DNA of 64,000 nucleotides from Eledone cirrhosa (Eukaryota). The stretch lies in contig OZ024743.1 in the NCBI GenBank assembly GCA_964016885.1, positions 375,100,001 to 375,164,000 on the forward strand, read 5' to 3'. A program made the translations under genes and the position numbers. Positions within the stretch are counted from its first letter, which is position 1. Each line of letters opens with the position of its first letter. Of the stretch, positions 62,164-64,000 are shown piece by piece. The notes under the pieces were generated by a model that was not told the DNA's origin, did not search any database, and was given only the letters and a program-made list of their open reading frames with translations.

Positions 62164-62165
<2 letters not shown>

Positions 62166-62218
<53 letters not shown>

Positions 62219-62460
62219 GTCACTCGCCCTCTCCCTCTTTCCCTCTCTCTCCTCCTTTACTCAAGTTGACATACTGACATACACACACCCTACTCCTCAT
62301 ATACATCTGTCTCTCTCTCTCGGTCTCGTGGTTTCTCTTTCTCTCAACGATACACACATCCAAATACAGAGAGAGAGAAAAACTTTCTCAGTCTCTCTCT
62401 CTCTCACTCTCTCTCTCTCTCTCCCTCTCTCTCTCTCTCTGTTTCCCCCTTCCTCTTATT

Positions 62461-62530
<70 letters not shown>

Positions 62531-62729
62531 CTCTCTCTCCCGCTCTCTCTTACTCATCCTCTCTCACTTCTCTTTTTCTCTCTCGGTGTCTCTCTTTTAC
62601 CCCCTCTCTCCCTTTTATCTCCCACCCCCTCTCTCTCTCTTCCTCGTCCTCCTACCCCGTTTAGGGTTTGCTAGCACACACACACATACTAATATATAGG
62701 CATTCGCACATACACGCAATGCACACACA

Positions 62730-62790
<61 letters not shown>
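62166..62790. repeat. (TA)n, (CT)n-rich and (TA)n microsatellite block
   Basis: TA at 62166-62215, CT-rich at 62220-62645, TA at 62733-62789. Confidence 0.93.
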
Positions 62791-62794
<4 letters not shown>

Positions 62795-62860
62795 GAACAT
62801 AATCTTAGCCAACACACATCAATATATATCCTATGTTATCTCCCCTCTCTCATTATATAA

Positions 62861-64000
62861 CTTTCTTTTTATTTGCCACCAGGGCATCAAAAAGTGGGAC
62901 ATGTACAAAGGGGGGAGTTTACATAAAAAGGCGTCCTCAATAAGGAGGAGGCTATAACAAAATATAAAAATAATATAAAATATAACAAAATAAATTTTAT
63001 AACAAAATCCTCAATAGGGAGGAGGCGCCTTGGGGGGGTCGCACACAACCCCGAAAAAAAGTGTGCAACCCTTCTCCTCAGGAGCACAGAGAGGGGGTGC
63101 TCCCTTGATCTTTCATCTTCCTCACCTATAGTCTGATGTAGAGTGAAGGCCCATTCACACGGGCCATTCTCGCCACTTTCACCCATCTTTCATAAAAACG
63201 GCTGGGGTGCAGCACCTCTCTCTCCATCCTGATCCTTCTTCCGAAATGATATCGGAAGAAACGGACCAGTTGTTGGCCAGAGAGAAAGGTGTCTGACCTC
63301 AGTCCTTTCAGACGCGTCCACCATACAACCTCTTTCGCCATGGCTATTACGCACAGAAACACAGCCTCTCCTTCGTTTTTGAAGAGGGGAGGCGGCTTGA
63401 TCGTTACAATAGACTCGGTGGTCAACCGGATCGGTCCCACCCTTGACAGCAGTTGTTCGACATAGCCCCACAGATCGGCAATGCCCGAGCAGTGTACCAA
63501 TGCGTGTGCAACGGTTTCCTCGTCGCACACGCATCTGGGACAGATCTTTTTCGAGGAATCCTTACCCGGGCGCCCGTGTCTGTAGAGCCTTTCTCGAACG
63601 AGCAGAGCCCCTCGGTAGCATTGCCAGGCCAGGGACATCTGCAAGTTATCCATGGGTCCCGGGCTGAATGTCTTACCGAACAGGTTGGCCAGTTCCTCTT
63701 CCTCCATGCCTAGGGCTTCTCCGAGGGCATCATCGCACCTGCTAACCACCAGCCCTCTATAGAATGACGAGGTGGATTCTCCACTGACAGCCGGGTCCGC
63801 CTGCCAGAGAGCCGTGAGCGCCTGGGCACACTCGGTGTGCCAGGCGCCCTGTTTTCTCGGTCTTTGCTTGACCCAGGATTGCAGCTCGGTGAGCGAGACG
63901 AGTCTGGGAAAGGCTCGCCTTACAAACGGGGCCCACACCGGTTGACCGGTGAGGAATACCTGGAGGTGCCGTAGCCTTAATGCGTGTTTACGTATCATTA
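62861..64000 (-). mobile_element. 3' portion of a non-LTR retrotransposon (L1/Tx1-like LINE), truncated by the window edge
   Basis: ORF2-like C-terminus followed by a ~260-bp 3' UTR with a T-rich stretch. AATAAA (minus strand, 62873-62868) merges into an A-rich tail AAAAGAAAG. Confidence 0.82.
63126..64000 (-). CDS. LINE ORF2 C-terminal region with a zf-RVT-type zinc-binding motif (partial; open at the window edge)
   Basis: 290 stop-free codons of normal complexity. LAWQCYRGALLVRERL...CPRC..DEETVAHALVHC...LW and the later AKEVVWWTR match the W..H..L.T...CxxC...ET..H...C and K..IW..R pattern of L1/Tx1 ORF2. The Met at 63998 is probably internal. Confidence 0.82.
   Translation of the reverse strand, partial: MIRKHALRLRHLQVFLTGQPVWAPFVRRAFPRLVSLTELQSWVKQRPRKQGAWHTECAQALTALWQADPAVSGESTSSFYRGLVVSRCDDALGEALGMEEEELANLFGKTFSPGPMDNLQMSLAWQCYRGALLVRERLYRHGRPGKDSSKKICPRCVCDEETVAHALVHCSGIADLWGYVEQLLSRVGPIRLTTESIVTIKPPPLFKNEGEAVFLCVIAMAKEVVWWTRLKGLRSDTFLSGQQLVRFFRYHFGRRIRMEREVLHPSRFYERWVKVARMARVNGPSLYIRL

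Larger units (their letters stand above)
61397..62165. mobile_element. Repeat family H3: 330-bp inverted arms (61397-61726 and 61836-62165) with a 109-bp spacer; Penelope-like inverted pLTR structure
   Basis: Arms are reverse complements with three mismatches that I could find. Each arm has a hammerhead motif pointing outward, and the right arm ends in (TA)n. Confidence 0.8.

Noticed and set aside
62660-62670. TTTAGGG telomere-like word
   Set aside because: Single occurrence, expected by chance.

Overview
Eukaryotic, repeat-dominated window with no supportable host protein-coding gene. The dense (TA)n/(CA)n/(GA)n/(GGT)n landscape suggests a large invertebrate genome such as a cephalopod, but that is inference only. 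Bases 1-26 kb are an 84-bp minisatellite with kilobase-scale internal duplications. Bases 27.4-58.2 kb are (GGT)n-type simple repeats and an 18-bp minisatellite, interrupted by a 200-N gap and apparently partly duplicated. The long ORFs in the track over these arrays are artefacts of repeat periods divisible by 3. The main interest is 58.6-62.2 kb. It holds three sequence-unrelated non-coding repeat families, each carrying a type I hammerhead ribozyme motif with a palindromic stem III (7 motif copies in total, one family with a U3-A8 core variant). Each family occurs as a head-to-head inverted duplication embedded among (TA)n tracts. This is the signature expected of Penelope-like retroelement pseudo-LTRs or retrozymes. 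The window ends in the 3' part of an L1/Tx1-like LINE on the minus strand. All structures were read by eye and none has been computationally or experimentally confirmed.
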